From Sphagnum compactum (Eukaryota): DNA of 64,000 nucleotides. Under the pieces are notes generated by a model. The model was not told where the DNA came from. It saw only the letters and a program-made list of their open reading frames with translations, and did not search any database. A program made the translations under genes and the position numbers. Location: contig OZ234494.1 in assembly GCA_965153455.1 (NCBI GenBank), positions 12,958,001 through 13,022,000 of the forward strand. Reading direction: 5' to 3'. Below, in pieces: positions 36,490-49,067 of this stretch. The number at the start of each line of letters is the position of its first letter. Position 1 is the first letter of the stretch.

Positions 36490-37810
36490 CTGTCCCCAGC
36501 GGTGATCAGCATGTGACCTTGCATATCAAAAATAGATGAGGAACAGTCAAAACATGCTTATTTGGCCTAGCGAAATGGTTTTGGCCTAGCTTTTTTGCAC
36601 ATTGGCTGCGGCTGGAAAATGGAACAGCAAAGCTCTACATCGACCAGATGAGAGTGTAATTATATATTGTAAAGGAAGGAAGTTCCTTCCCCTGATTCCG
36701 GACGGTACGGACATCTCATTTAACATCGACTTAACTTCAAGTGTGAATGCACCATCATAGCAGCAAATGAAAGTACCATCTTTTGCACTGGATGTATGTG
36801 CTGTACCCTGTACGGATGTGGTTCCCACAAGGCTTTCTTTTTAAGGATAACACAACAGATAAAATTAAATTAGTGAGAAAATAATTTAGCCAAATTTGGT
36901 TACATACTAGATATGAAAATAAAAAAAGGAAAAAAATCTTTCTATATTCTTGGCTACCCACTGGAACTTATCATCTAAATCTAGCGATTTCGATTTTTTT
37001 TCTTTGAAATCTGGCGAGTTTGGGCCTTTTTTTTTTCGTGAAAATCCATTTGTTGTGTTGGTGGATCATGTCTTTCGGGTCGGAAAACCGCTCACTCCAA
37101 GTTCCTTCCACACTAGGTCAAAGTACGATGACGCTGTTGTTCTAGCTAAGTTCTCCGTTCACAGCTTTCACTTAGAGAATAATCTATGAAATTGCTTTCA
37201 TTACAACTTGCTTTGATGAAAGAAGATAGCCAAAAAAAGAAAGGTCTGAGAAAAATGAGTTAACTAAATGAAGGTTCTTAATATGAAGTGAGATAGGAGA
37301 AACAAATGGCCTTCTTTTCATTCCTTCAACAGTTTTATGTTTAATAATCACTTACACCCAGTGTGACGGTTCTTTCGTTCCTGTTGGGTTCTCAAGAACC
37401 GGAACCGAAAGGTTAAAGAACTGGAGTGGGAAATGCGAAGGATTGGGCCGAGGGGGATCGACGGATTAAAGACCCGGAGTGAGAAATGCGAAGGACCGAG
37501 TGGGGGAGGCTCGACGAGTTAAAGAACCGGAGTGGGAAATGTGAAGGACCGGGCGAGGGGGGTCGACGAGGTTGAACCAAACATTGTTGAAATAACACAC
37601 CTGTGCATTATGCACGGGGCACACACTAGTAAATTTGATTTGACTGTTGGTCCCTAGTCTTGAGTGGCCAATCATAATGGGTGAGGGGGTTTGCTATTAG
37701 TACAGTCTCCCACCTAGTGCTAGTCTCGGTTTTAGTTTAGTTAAACGAGTGAGGTTGCAAAAAAGTAAATAACTAAACTTGGATGTGAGCAATATTTTGG
37801 CAGCCTGGGG
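36490..37810. mobile_element. Tourist-like MITE (family of 103-468) interrupted by a Helitron
   Basis: 36495-36659 matches ~110-277 and 37630-37800 matches ~278-435. Termini are eroded. Confidence 0.65.
36660..37629 (+). mobile_element. Non-autonomous Helitron, ~970 bp, nested in the MITE
   Basis: Inserted at tgtaa|taaa relative to the intact MITE at 103-468. 5' end TTATATAT (compare TCATATAT). 3' hairpin gtgca-tta-tgcac then CACACTAG|T. Three ~53-bp subterminal repeats at ~37410-37570. Confidence 0.75.
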
Positions 37811-37814
37811 TCTA

Positions 37815-38147
37815 GAGCATCTCCAGAGGAGTTCAGTACATGATTTTGCAAAAATATTTCTCACATCCAAGTTTAGTTATTATTGTTTCCAACTTTCTCA
37901 CCCTTAATACTAAAACGTGGACTACAAATAGGTGGGATACTACCAATAGCAATCCACCTGGACTAATCAAACTATCTAGCTAATCAACACCAACTGTTAG
38001 GCTTGACTATGCCTTTTACTAGCCTCTCCATACTGTGATGAAATGCTAGGCCAAAACCATTTTGCTGAACCAAAGGGACTTGTTGCGACTTTTCTTTATC
38101 CAATTCTCTTATGAAGGGCCACATACTGAGCACTTGTGAAAGTGCTC
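37815..38147. mobile_element. Second Tourist-like MITE of the same family, inverted
   Basis: GAGCATCTCCA ... aagtGCTC with cta/tta flanks. Internal sequence is reverse-complementary to 103-468. Confidence 0.7.
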
Positions 38148-41100
38148 TTACACCTGCCCACTGCTCATGAATGAAGGAATGCATAATTCCCGCACTTTGC
38201 AAATAATGTCCTCCCATCTTCCTTCATCCATGGGTATGACACCTCCGGCTTCCCACAATAAATTGTGTGGAGAATGGAGACCTCCCAGCTGGGGAGATTA
38301 CTAACAGTCTCGCATCTAAGCAAATCAAAATTAGTGGTAAGGGGTTGGATTTTGGGAAGGGGGATGCAGTGTGCTCTTTAAAAGTGGCTGCTGATGGTGG
38401 GGCTGGGACCAAAACAAACCCAAGCACACATACCACCCTCCCATACGTAACTTCTTACCTCATACACTTACCACCTTTGCAACAACCATAGATGGACTAA
38501 CATAGTGAATTTTCCTAAAATGGCAGGTTCAGCAGCTGGGCCAATTTAATTTTTGCAGTTGCAAAGATTGAATCATGACAAACATGTGTGGTGGAAGAAT
38601 TTGATGAAAGAAAGAAAGTAAATCCGATCTGTTTAGTTGGTTGGGATCAGGTTCCCTTGTTCTCTTGACCAATTGAATTGAAGTTTCCTGGTCACAACTC
38701 CCCCAACACAACAATGCCGAAGGAACAGACAGACCATATCTTGGTTTAATCTACGGACTTTCCATTTACGGGGTGAAGGACAAGCCTGGGCTTAGTTAAG
38801 GTACAGTAGAAGGTTACCATTTTGGGCAGGGCGCGGCCAAAATGGGCCAAACGCAAAATGGGCAACTCTTGGCTTTTAGTCATTCGGCTGCCCTGCCCCA
38901 CCATGTGCGCGTCCTGCCTCACGCGCATATATTGCCCGCTCACTTGCCTCTTCCGTGCCATCTCCTTTCCCTCTCTCTCTCTCGTCACTGCCCCTGAGCA
39001 TTCTTCTTCACCGCTTACGGCCTCATGCTTTGCCGCCTCCAGCAACAGGCCTATCGGTCTCATGCCTTGGAGCGTGGCAACGCGTGACGACCCAAGTCGC
39101 ATCAAGAGCGGCTGATTGTGTGACTCATGCATGCCCTTGTTAACAGTGATGTATAAGCTGCAGGTGTTACATTATCGAAGTCGCATCTATCGAGAGAGAG
39201 AAGGTTGCCAAGTCTCTAAGTGATCCGAGTGCTGAGTACTCTCGGTTGATTGCTGGTCGTGATGAGAGTCGCGACTATGTTAATGTTTGGAGTCGGAGTA
39301 GGGACAGTAGGATGGAGTTGCCTTTGAGTTGCAGGTCTGCAGAGATAGATGCTGCTACGTCTTCCAGTTGCTGTTGTAATTTTTTTTCCAGATGTGAAAT
39401 ATCCAGGCTTCGATATTGTGCTCAAATTAGTGCCTGCTGTGCAATTTATTGGATTTCACCTTGGAAATTAGGCTCTGAAGTCATGGGGTTTGCGATCAGA
39501 AATTTCTACGTACGTTTTGTGCGAGTGTTTCATCATCAATGTCTTCGAGGTGGCCTCCTCTTACATGTTTAATTAGCAATCTGATTCAGGACCAATAACT
39601 TTTAAGTTTTCATTTGCAGAACTTTTCAAAAGACGACTTTCAAAACCAAGGATTGTTTTCTTTGTTTCAAGAGTTCTCATGCCTTGACTTTTTGTCTAGC
39701 ATTGCATGGAGTCTATGTCTGGATCGTTCATCTAGATGATCCAAAACTTCACACTCCATGTGTGCATTTTTTGGACAAGTTCTGACAAAGATGAGACGAT
39801 TCGGACATAGCCTTCATGCATGTTAGATGAGCGTCAAAACATGTGAACTGTTGAAACTGTTCTTATTGATCATCTGTCCACTTGTCCTCCAAGAGAGATC
39901 ATCTAATTGAGGTATGTGCATTCAAACTCAGTTTTCCTCTTGACTGGTTTCTGGCTTGTCAATTTCCTGTATGCATGCAGGTGTTAACCTCTCTCCAAAA
40001 CTTCCAAATGACTTTGTGCGGCACTGCAACTTGCAGTATCATGTGCACATACAATTATGCTTAGAATAGTTGTGAGAAGTTTCAGTAGCCGTAGCAACAA
40101 CGTCATAGTTAAATCTGGCTGGATAGATCTGTGCCTGCAGCAGCATACTATCTAGATGCAACTGTTCTACTGATTGATAGTGCCGGATGATCCTCCAGTT
40201 GTTAGCTCTGTATTCAAACATATAAAACTGGTACAGGACTTGTAAATCACACATATATTTTGGGGAATTTGTGAAGAAAAATATTGAAATTTTCGGAATT
40301 CTATTTGTAAAAATGAAAATCTCAAAATTAATTAATTATTCAACAGACATGTGTCTAAGCTGCCAAGGCACATGAGTAGTCAAATTCATAATTATCAAGG
40401 AGGTATAGATTGCACTAGGGTGGATCACCTTTTCACAGAATGTTTAGCTTCATATTGAAGTTCTGAACTTCTGGACCGTTGGAAATAAACTTTCCAATGA
40501 ACATGTAGAAGAAGCACTGCAACAACTGTAGATTCCTCCATACTTTCAACAATAGCAGCAAAAGTATACAAACATGGTGGTGATATCTTTCCTACAGCAT
40601 CAACAGCTTCCTGCTACAACTTGCACCGTCAGCTTCCTTCTGGTGTGCAGCCAACCTCCTGCTGGAACAAGAACCTGTTTCAGTCATATTCAGCTTGTGT
40701 ATTCAGCCTCCTACTGTAACCGGAACAGACCTGTTACAGTGATATCGAGCTTGTGCTATCAGCTCCCTTCTGGTGTTGCAAGCTGTAGGCTCCTACTGGA
40801 GCTGGAACATGTTGCAGTGATTTTGAGCTTGTAAAATGATGGAATATTTCAACCCAAAACTACTAATATCCACAATGACTTTGCTAACTCACAAGCGTAT
40901 ATTGAAATCAAAAATTCACAAATTATTTGATGAAATTATAAGCAACATCACGTGCATTTGAAACTAATCTCAGCAAAAGCTGGGTACACGGTTACAACTA
41001 GTCTTGTTCGCACCTGAACGAGTATGAGCCTTGAGGCATTGTGCAAAAAGAAACAGAAACCCAGACTAATGTGCAATAAATAAGTGCACAGAGGTGCAAA

Positions 41101-41171
41101 GTGACTGAGTTACTAGCTCTATATATGCAATCAAAAGGTGCCACTCAAATGCATGGTGCATTCATGTGAAG

Positions 41172-41386
41172 CCTTGGGTGAACCAGCACCCACGTTGGTA
41201 CCATGGTAAAAATCCCAAAATCTTAAATGTTACATATATCCCATGCTTAGACTAAATCAGGGTCTCTAAGTTCAAATCTAACGTTTTTTTGGCATTTTTT
41301 GGGTTTATATAATATGGTCACTAAAAGGCCTTACTCAACTCAAAAAGGCTAAGGTACGAGCTTGGGTGGTGCTGGTTCTCCTTGGC
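41172..41386. mobile_element. Small MITE-like element
   Basis: Inverted termini gg-gaaccagcacc...gtacc and ggtac...ggtgctggttc-cc. No clear TSD. Confidence 0.45.
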
Positions 41387-42316
41387 CACATGGAACACCC
41401 TCCATTAGTTGAGAAATGACGTGTTCATTTTCTCCTGTCACACAAGTCACTTATTCCATTAACAGTTTATCTCGTTTTGTACTTCAGCTTTAAGTAAACT
41501 CTTGCATTATGAGTTGAGCATGTCTTTATACTGAAGAAGGCACTTATGCCACATTCCAGGGGAAGTTATTTGGATTTTTTTTCCAGATGATGTCAAAACA
41601 ATACAAGGTGTAATTATTGAAATTTTAAAAATAATTCATTTAAATATAAACAAGTTTTTAAGAATTAAATTATGAGATTATAATTATATATATCTTTAGT
41701 ATTTTATTACATTATACTATAGGGTGAAAGCATGATAAAATATACAATTCAATGTCTTTGATAGTTTATGTGTCAAGCTAACAAAAAAAAAATTAAAAAA
41801 AATATTATTATATATGTAATTAAAAAAAATTAAATGACAAAAAGATACTTTTTCACTGCTATGAATTAATTTTAAAATTATACATTGTAAAAGTAGGTTT
41901 TAAATAGACTTTTCAAAATGTAAATAACTTTTGAAACTTATTTTTTGAAGTGTAACATTTGTTTCAAGTATGTGTCAAATATATTATTAAAGAGAAAATA
42001 AAATGTATTTATAATCTTTTTTTTTTAATATACAATGGTTTTTATGTTATAACTTCACACAAATTTATTTCATTAAAATTTTTAATAAAAAAATACTTTT
42101 AAATACCATATTGACTAGTTAAATTCAAAAATATTTGTTCTCTACTTTTATTATTTCAAATTTAAAAAAAATTATTCAATTTAATATAAACCCAATGAAA
42201 AGCACCATGATTTCAAAATAAATTTTATCTATTTTTTTTTTCTGTTAAAAATTATTTCGTTTTTTATTTTATTTTATTTTAATGTAAGAACATTTACTTA
42301 TATACTTTACCATACA

Positions 42317-43162
42317 CTAGTGTGAACCCGGTGCATAATGCACCCGTCGAGCTCCCCCCCCCCCGCTCGGTCCTTCCCATTGCCCACTCCGGTTCTTTAC
42401 CCCGTTGACCCCCCCCCCCCTCCTTCGCATTTTCCACTCCGATTCTTTAACCCGTTGATCCCCCCCCCCCCTCAAATTTGGCTAAATGGTAAATATGAAG
42501 GTAAAATTTTAAAACATCTTTCTTTATTTTTTGCTGACATACTTGAACAAAAGTATTGAAATTTGGGATTTTTTGGGGAAAAGTTTGGTTGAATTTATGG
42601 CTATTGAATTTTAATAAAACTTTATTCTAGATATTTTTTATTTTCAATTTCTCTTTTTGGCTATCTATAGTCAGCAAAGAAAAAAAAAAAAAAAAAGGCT
42701 GGTGGGAATCTTTTTGACGGGGCCAATGGATGCGCGGCGGACGGATTTTCTTACTCCAACCGTTAAAAGTGCTAGCTTTTATTTTTCACCGCAGATTAAA
42801 GTGTGTAGATTTTGGGTTAAAGAAGGGGCGGGGGATCGCGACTGTCAGGCCGTGGTAAATTTTGTTTTCCCATGTCCCCAGTAAACACTGACGGATCCTA
42901 GTTTAAAGGCTCTCAGCCAATGGGAAAATTTGGAATCCTCCTCGTCACCGCGTTTTGGACCAATGGGGATGACTGGGAACTCGGGAACTCGCGAGCCAGA
43001 TCTGCCACGCGGACAAAACAAAATTAAATTCCCCCGCCCGGGCTGGCCCCCCCCCCCGCCCCGTTACCCGGTTCTGCCATAGAAAATGCAGAGGCCGATT
43101 CTGCAGCAGAATTGTCGTGTCAGACAGACGCACGCACAAACGTAGTGAATTAATATATTAGA
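42317..43162 (-). mobile_element. Non-autonomous Helitron, 846 bp
   Basis: Minus strand: A|TCTAATATATTAATTCACTACGT ... ggtgca-tta-tgcacc-gggttcacaCTAG|T. Its subterminal repeats are shared with 36660-37629 and its 5' end resembles 18933. Confidence 0.85.
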
Positions 43163-44043
43163 TTCACCCCATATATTAAAAATCCCCTTTATTTCACATG
43201 ATCCATAAAATGTTTCAAAAATAACTTCCCCACACCAATGTATTGCTTGGTATTTTCCACACCATAGTAGAGTGGTATTGACTTTTGAGCATATGGGTCA
43301 AGTTATGGTATTGAGTACCTTATAAAACTTGCATAGCAACCAAGTCGTATCAAATATATTGTGAAACTCCATGCCAGTGTTGGTATAGTATCTACTTTTG
43401 AACATACAAGCGAGTTCATGGGAACCGGGTGACAGGTCCTTCCTAAAGCCTGAAACTATCATACTAGTCTAATCCTCAAATTGGGCTTGACTAATTTTTG
43501 GTTAATATGAAGCAGGTATATGTACCTGCTATTGAAACTTGTATAAAACTGGTACCTGTGTTGACACTACTGTTGATACCAGGTGCAGGCCTATGTAACA
43601 GATTGACACTCTTTCATATGAGTTTGGTATATGCATGTCAATCCGTTTCTATTCCAACAAGGAATTGATATGAATATCTTGAGAAACAATATCATGACAT
43701 ATCAAGTACTGATACATAAATAATACATTTTTCACCTAGTTTGACAAAGGCATTTTGTGGACCATTAAAAATCACATGTGACTATGTATATGCATATTTG
43801 AAAAGGAACACTTGAGGCCTAGTTGTCCTACTAGGAGGGAAAAGGAAAACCTATAACTCAATACTAGTTGTAGCTCAGTGTCTTCAGTTTGTAGCATATT
43901 GTACAATGCAGATCAGAAACTTCAAAATTCGCTAATTCAATGCATGTGAAGGCAAGGTTTCTTTTCATACAATCCTAGTGCAAAACTTCAGGTTTACACC
44001 ATAAGAATGAACAAGAAAGGTGAGTGTGCACAAGAGTGTGGAC

Positions 44044-44909
44044 CAGTGTTGTGCATGTAAATGGTTTGGGACTTACACTCCGTGTAAGCGTAAAAATAAA
44101 TAAATTTATATAGTTTTACGCAGTCCGATAAAACAATGTAAATGTAAATATATATATATATATTTATCTGATTTTACATGACTATGTAAAACAATGTAAA
44201 TATATTTAACAATGTAAAATATAACTTGAGGAGGGGAGATTTCATAATGTTTTTGAAAATAAGCCAGCTAAATGCCCCATTGCAAAAAAAAAAAAAAAAC
44301 CATCAAAATATTAAAACCACAACTAATTCATATGACTTTGCAAGAACGTCTGGTCATTAAAGATGTGTAATAAAATTATCTATAAAGTAAGGAAAACAAC
44401 ACTAGAACCCTGAGTTTGATCATAAATGGGGTGAGACTCAAAAAAAAGAAACATTAGCATTCAAGGGTGGGGGTACCTCAGTTTTTGTGGTGAACTGACT
44501 TTCTCCTTGTCTTTCCTTATTTTTTAGCTCCTCCACTATTGCTGCATATATTTTCACTGCTCTTACTTGTAAAGCTACTATAATTAGTCTTGAACCTTCT
44601 GCATTAAATGCTGATTTTCAGCATTTCATTCCTAGATTTAATAAAATTTACTTATTTTATGGATACCCCTGAAAGAAGGGTTTGGGATGAAAGGAGGCCC
44701 AAAGACAAGGTGACTTTACAAATAATTTTAGTATTTACACTTACACGTCCTAAAACATTTACACGGGGCGTGTAAGTGTATTTGACAAATATTTACACTG
44801 GCCTCGTGTAAGTGTAAGAACAAACATATACAATGCAACAGGATAAGTGTAAATGTAAAAAATTTGGACGTGTAAGTGTAAATGATTTACACTTACACGC
44901 ACAACATCA
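44044..44909. mobile_element. Non-autonomous hAT element
   Basis: 8-bp TSD GTGTGGAC at 44036-44043 and 44910-44917. TIR cagtgttgtgc-tgtaa / ttacacgcacaaca. Many TGTAA/TTACAC subterminal motifs. Confidence 0.8.
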
Positions 44910-45967
44910 GTGTGGACCAATATTTGTCTGGTATATATGGAATGGCTTTGTAAAAGCACTTGTTTCTAGGAAGTAGCCATGCTTGTATAACTAGAGGCAA
45001 TATCAACGTCTTACCGTGGGCCAAGCACATTAATAAGAGCCAATGGTGTGCCTTTAGGTGATTGCTTAATTTGAAATACTTTTGAAATATTCTGAAGTCT
45101 TCAATAAGGGATGTAAACAATGGGGCTTCTGATCAATTTCCACTAGTTCTGTGGAGTGGACTGCTCCAGGTACAAATCCTACAGAAGGAATTCAATGAAG
45201 CTGAATCTTTACAAGGCTCTGAGCAAGACAAGAATATATATATGCGTTTTTTCATGGGCAGGAACATGTTGATGATGATGGAGGACCTTAAACAACCCCC
45301 GTACAAACTTTGTGAGTGTCCTTGTGTAGGTGATTTGCCCGGGGGGTGCAGGATGAAAATGTTTGTTTTTTCATGTACTGCTCCTCGCAGGCCTACGACC
45401 ACATACCTTAAGGGTCAATAATCAAATCAGCAGCCTAGTTCTGTACACTTTTGGTTAGGCTTTTAGTTTATCTTTAGTTACTTTTTTTAATGCCATAAGT
45501 TCAATGCCATGGCTGGACCATGCGGGCGCCACACAAGACTAGGCAATGACACTTGCAACATTAGTAGGGGGCAATTAGAGTCCTGGGCTGATGATGACAA
45601 AGGGCCACAGGCATATCCCTTAGACTGCAGAAACAAAATATCACTCACAATGACAATTTGTTATCTCAAGTCAAATGTGATACTGAGGCCAAGGCCATTG
45701 ACTTGGTCGCTCCTGGAGCTGTCGCACATGGGTTGCTTGCACATGTTTCCACTTTTATCACAGGCAAGCAAAGTCATTGTCTCCTTTTAGAGCCTTCATT
45801 TCAACAGTCAGCATATTTCTTGAATCCATGGATTGCTTGGAGATTCACATCCGACGGTCCCTACAATTGGGGAGGGGGTGGAAGAGAATCCTTGTTTTGT
45901 TTGGTTGCACTATTTTCCCAGAGTTTTTTTTACCATTTTACTCATTTTGCAATACGTCTATTTTCTG

Positions 45968-46230
45968 AAGACTCCCATTTTACAAGGTAACATATCTGCC
46001 CTTTTCACAGTACCCATCTTTTTATTGGACATCTTTCCAATCAAAAGTTGCTCTCCCCTTTTGAATTGTCCTGTCATCACCCACTTGGGCAATTTCACAA
46101 GACTCCCATTTTACAAGGTAACATAGCTAGCCCTTTTCACCGTACCCATCTTTTTATTGGATATCTTTCCAATCAAAAGTTGCTCTCCCCTTTTGAATTG
46201 TCCTGTCATCACCCACTTGGGCAATTTCAC
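45968..46230. repeat. Recent tandem duplication, 131-bp period, 2 copies
   Basis: aagactcccattttacaagg...cacttgggcaatttcac starts at 45968 and again at 46099. Confidence 0.9.
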
Positions 46231-49067
46231 TCAATATCTACCACTTGGGATACGTCATATGGACTACTGTACTAGTATTTTCTAAGGGGCCACAAGAAAG
46301 ACGTGTTGGGCCTTGGCTGTTTATTGTAAATTTAACCCCTTCTTGAACAGTTGGAAACTTTGTCCCCTCCCACCCCCCTGGGCCAGAGGAGTGGGAGCAC
46401 CTATGCTAGTATGTTCACCTCATTGATTGAAGCCTCTTAAAGGTAATAATTAACCCAGTACCTGCTAAATTTGGACTCAGAGACACTGAAGGGCTGAAAA
46501 AACTAGTCCATAACTTAACATAAGTAAAATATTACCATATCGGTTCTGTAAGTATGGGATATTTTTATCGTTTAGAAGCAACCCTGAAAAATATCCAGAG
46601 TTTAGTCTTCACCATGGGACCAGTATAGCTGAAGGTCCACCAATGAACTTACACATATCAAACTCTCCAAATGGATGAAATTGATAACATGGAAAATCTT
46701 TATTGTATGGATAAACTTGATGACATGGATGGAACTCCTCACACAAATAAAAAAATTGATCACATGAAATCATATTCATCATATTGATGAAATGGGAACA
46801 TTTGGATGAAAATGATGAATTTGATAAAACTTGACATTGAATATGGATGAAACCAATGAAAATGGCTGAATGCTATGTGACAAATGAAATCAATGATATG
46901 GATGAGACAAGACCCTGCGAATGAACTAGAATGAAAATGTTAGTAAACACATCAATGAAATTGGGTCCAATATGATTCAACCTCATCACATGGACTAAAG
47001 TTGACAACATAGATGACAAAAATGAATTGCCAAGGACCACAACAACAAGGTCAACAATCAAAATATACACATGGTCATGCCATCCAAGTGAGTGTGAACT
47101 AGTGTTAAATCAGTATATATAGATTGAAACCTCAATATATAGTAATAATATATGAGTATTGATATTGAGGAACATAATAGTTGGCTGTGAATTTTCACCT
47201 ATGTACCTAGATTATATTCATATACCTAGGTGGGTTTGAAATGTTCAAACAAAAGACTAATATTGGTGTTGGGTTTTGTGATATTGCAAGCGATACCAAT
47301 ACTCAAGCTTGCAAACACTGATGTTACTATGTGAAAATACTTCACACACATTAGGTTTGCCCATGCTTCACTATGGTTCCTTCAAACAACTTTATTGCTC
47401 ATAAATTGAAAATTTGTAAATAAACAAAACCTCAAGAAATTTTGACAATTGGCAAACGATTATGACCAACTAGTTTAGTTGTATCCATTGAAGATTATTA
47501 TTCTTACAATGAAAGTTGTGAAAGTAAACTAAAGTAATGAAACTAGCCACCAAAATAGCCAAGGCATTTTGGCCATCTCTTAATTTTCATAACAACATCA
47601 AATTAGTTGTGACACAAACATCCTTTTATGTGCACAATAAAGTAAGAATAATCACACAATAACAATGACATAAAATTAAAGTTGTTGGAAGGCATTCTTT
47701 GAATTTAAAACTTCATTTGGTTGAAGTAAGTGATACATGACTTATAGTTCAACCATAACAGAAAAAGGCCTACACTACATTGGATGTGCAACAATAGCTT
47801 GCTAAAAATCAAAATGAAGTTCAAGCACTAGAAAAGTCAGTGTTGCATGGAAGGTCCAACATGCATCCATTATGAAAATCACATTTTCAAATGCCATTCC
47901 ATTGTTCAAATGTTGTTTGGGCATTTTTCTTCCTCCACAATTAGAGCTATGCAATTCATGTGCAAGTTGGGCAAGTAATGAGGTGCATTATTTGTCAAAG
48001 TAACTCTTCTCCAAGTGCAAGGTCTTTGTAAAACTCCCAAAACACCACTAGATCTAGGAAAAGGTTAATGGAACATAACCATAGCCATGGAAGCAACATC
48101 AATGACAAAACATCTCTTGAGTTCAAACATTTAAATGAATTTACCAAGTACAGAATTTATTGAGGATTAAGGAGTTCAAAGAAACAAGAAGAAATAAAAG
48201 AAGTGGCATGTGATGAGGTGATGAACAATTATGATATTGGTGTGCATTCAATTCATTGGATTTTTTGATGCAACACCCACCAATCCACTGCAAATATGGA
48301 TTGAAATTCATTGAAAGCAATTCACAATTCACATCATGTTTTATGTTGAGTTATGAAATTTAGTTGTGGTTCATTCACAAATGAGTCACAATGTAAATTG
48401 TGTAGTTCTAAATATTCATATCAATTCCGTATGGAAGAAAAATACAATGACTTAACATACATCCTAGACTGGTATGAAATTTCACAAAATGTTTAACATT
48501 GACAGGTGCAGTCACACTAATAAAAGCCAAAACAAGTGCACAACTAATGTTTAGTTTCACATGTTTCTGGGTTAAAATTTGTATTAATGTTAAAAAAATT
48601 TAATTTTTTAATATCTCTACATGATAAGGTTTTTAATATAAGATGTGAAACAATTTGAATTGAATTTAATGAATGTGGAATAAATCGAAAAAAATTCTAA
48701 CCAATGATTTTGATGTTTATTTCATTTTTCAAAAGACTTGAAATGTCTTCATTTAATGGTGCATAATCATGTATAATAATTATCCATACCTTCACGTACA
48801 AATACAATATGTCATGACCATGAAAAAATATCTTTGACCATTATTAAAATAATGAATTTTTAATCCATCACCTTTTGCAATCAATTATAGTTCACCACAT
48901 CATCTTGACAAATAATTCCACCAGTTTTCAAGCAATCACCCAAGCAAATGAATATGGCTCCTTTTATCACCCCAATATTTGGTTGTTATATATGTAAATT
49001 AAACAATATAGAATGTAACACCTATAACACCATAACTTCACCAATACCTGTTCAAAAGGTGCAATTT

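Larger units (their letters stand above)
34740..40585 (+). repeat. Third, older copy of the palindrome unit, same orientation as the left arm, with TE insertions
   Basis: Colinear from ~34905 onward with 17555-22165 (ORF 38822-39115 vs 19962-20258; 38500-38740 vs 19660-19890) but clearly more diverged. Retains ~34740-34905, which is missing from both arms. Confidence 0.9.

Noticed and set aside
45509-46126. Cluster of 60-110 aa ORFs
   Set aside because: Overlapping frames, no recognisable motif, partly caused by the 131-bp duplication.
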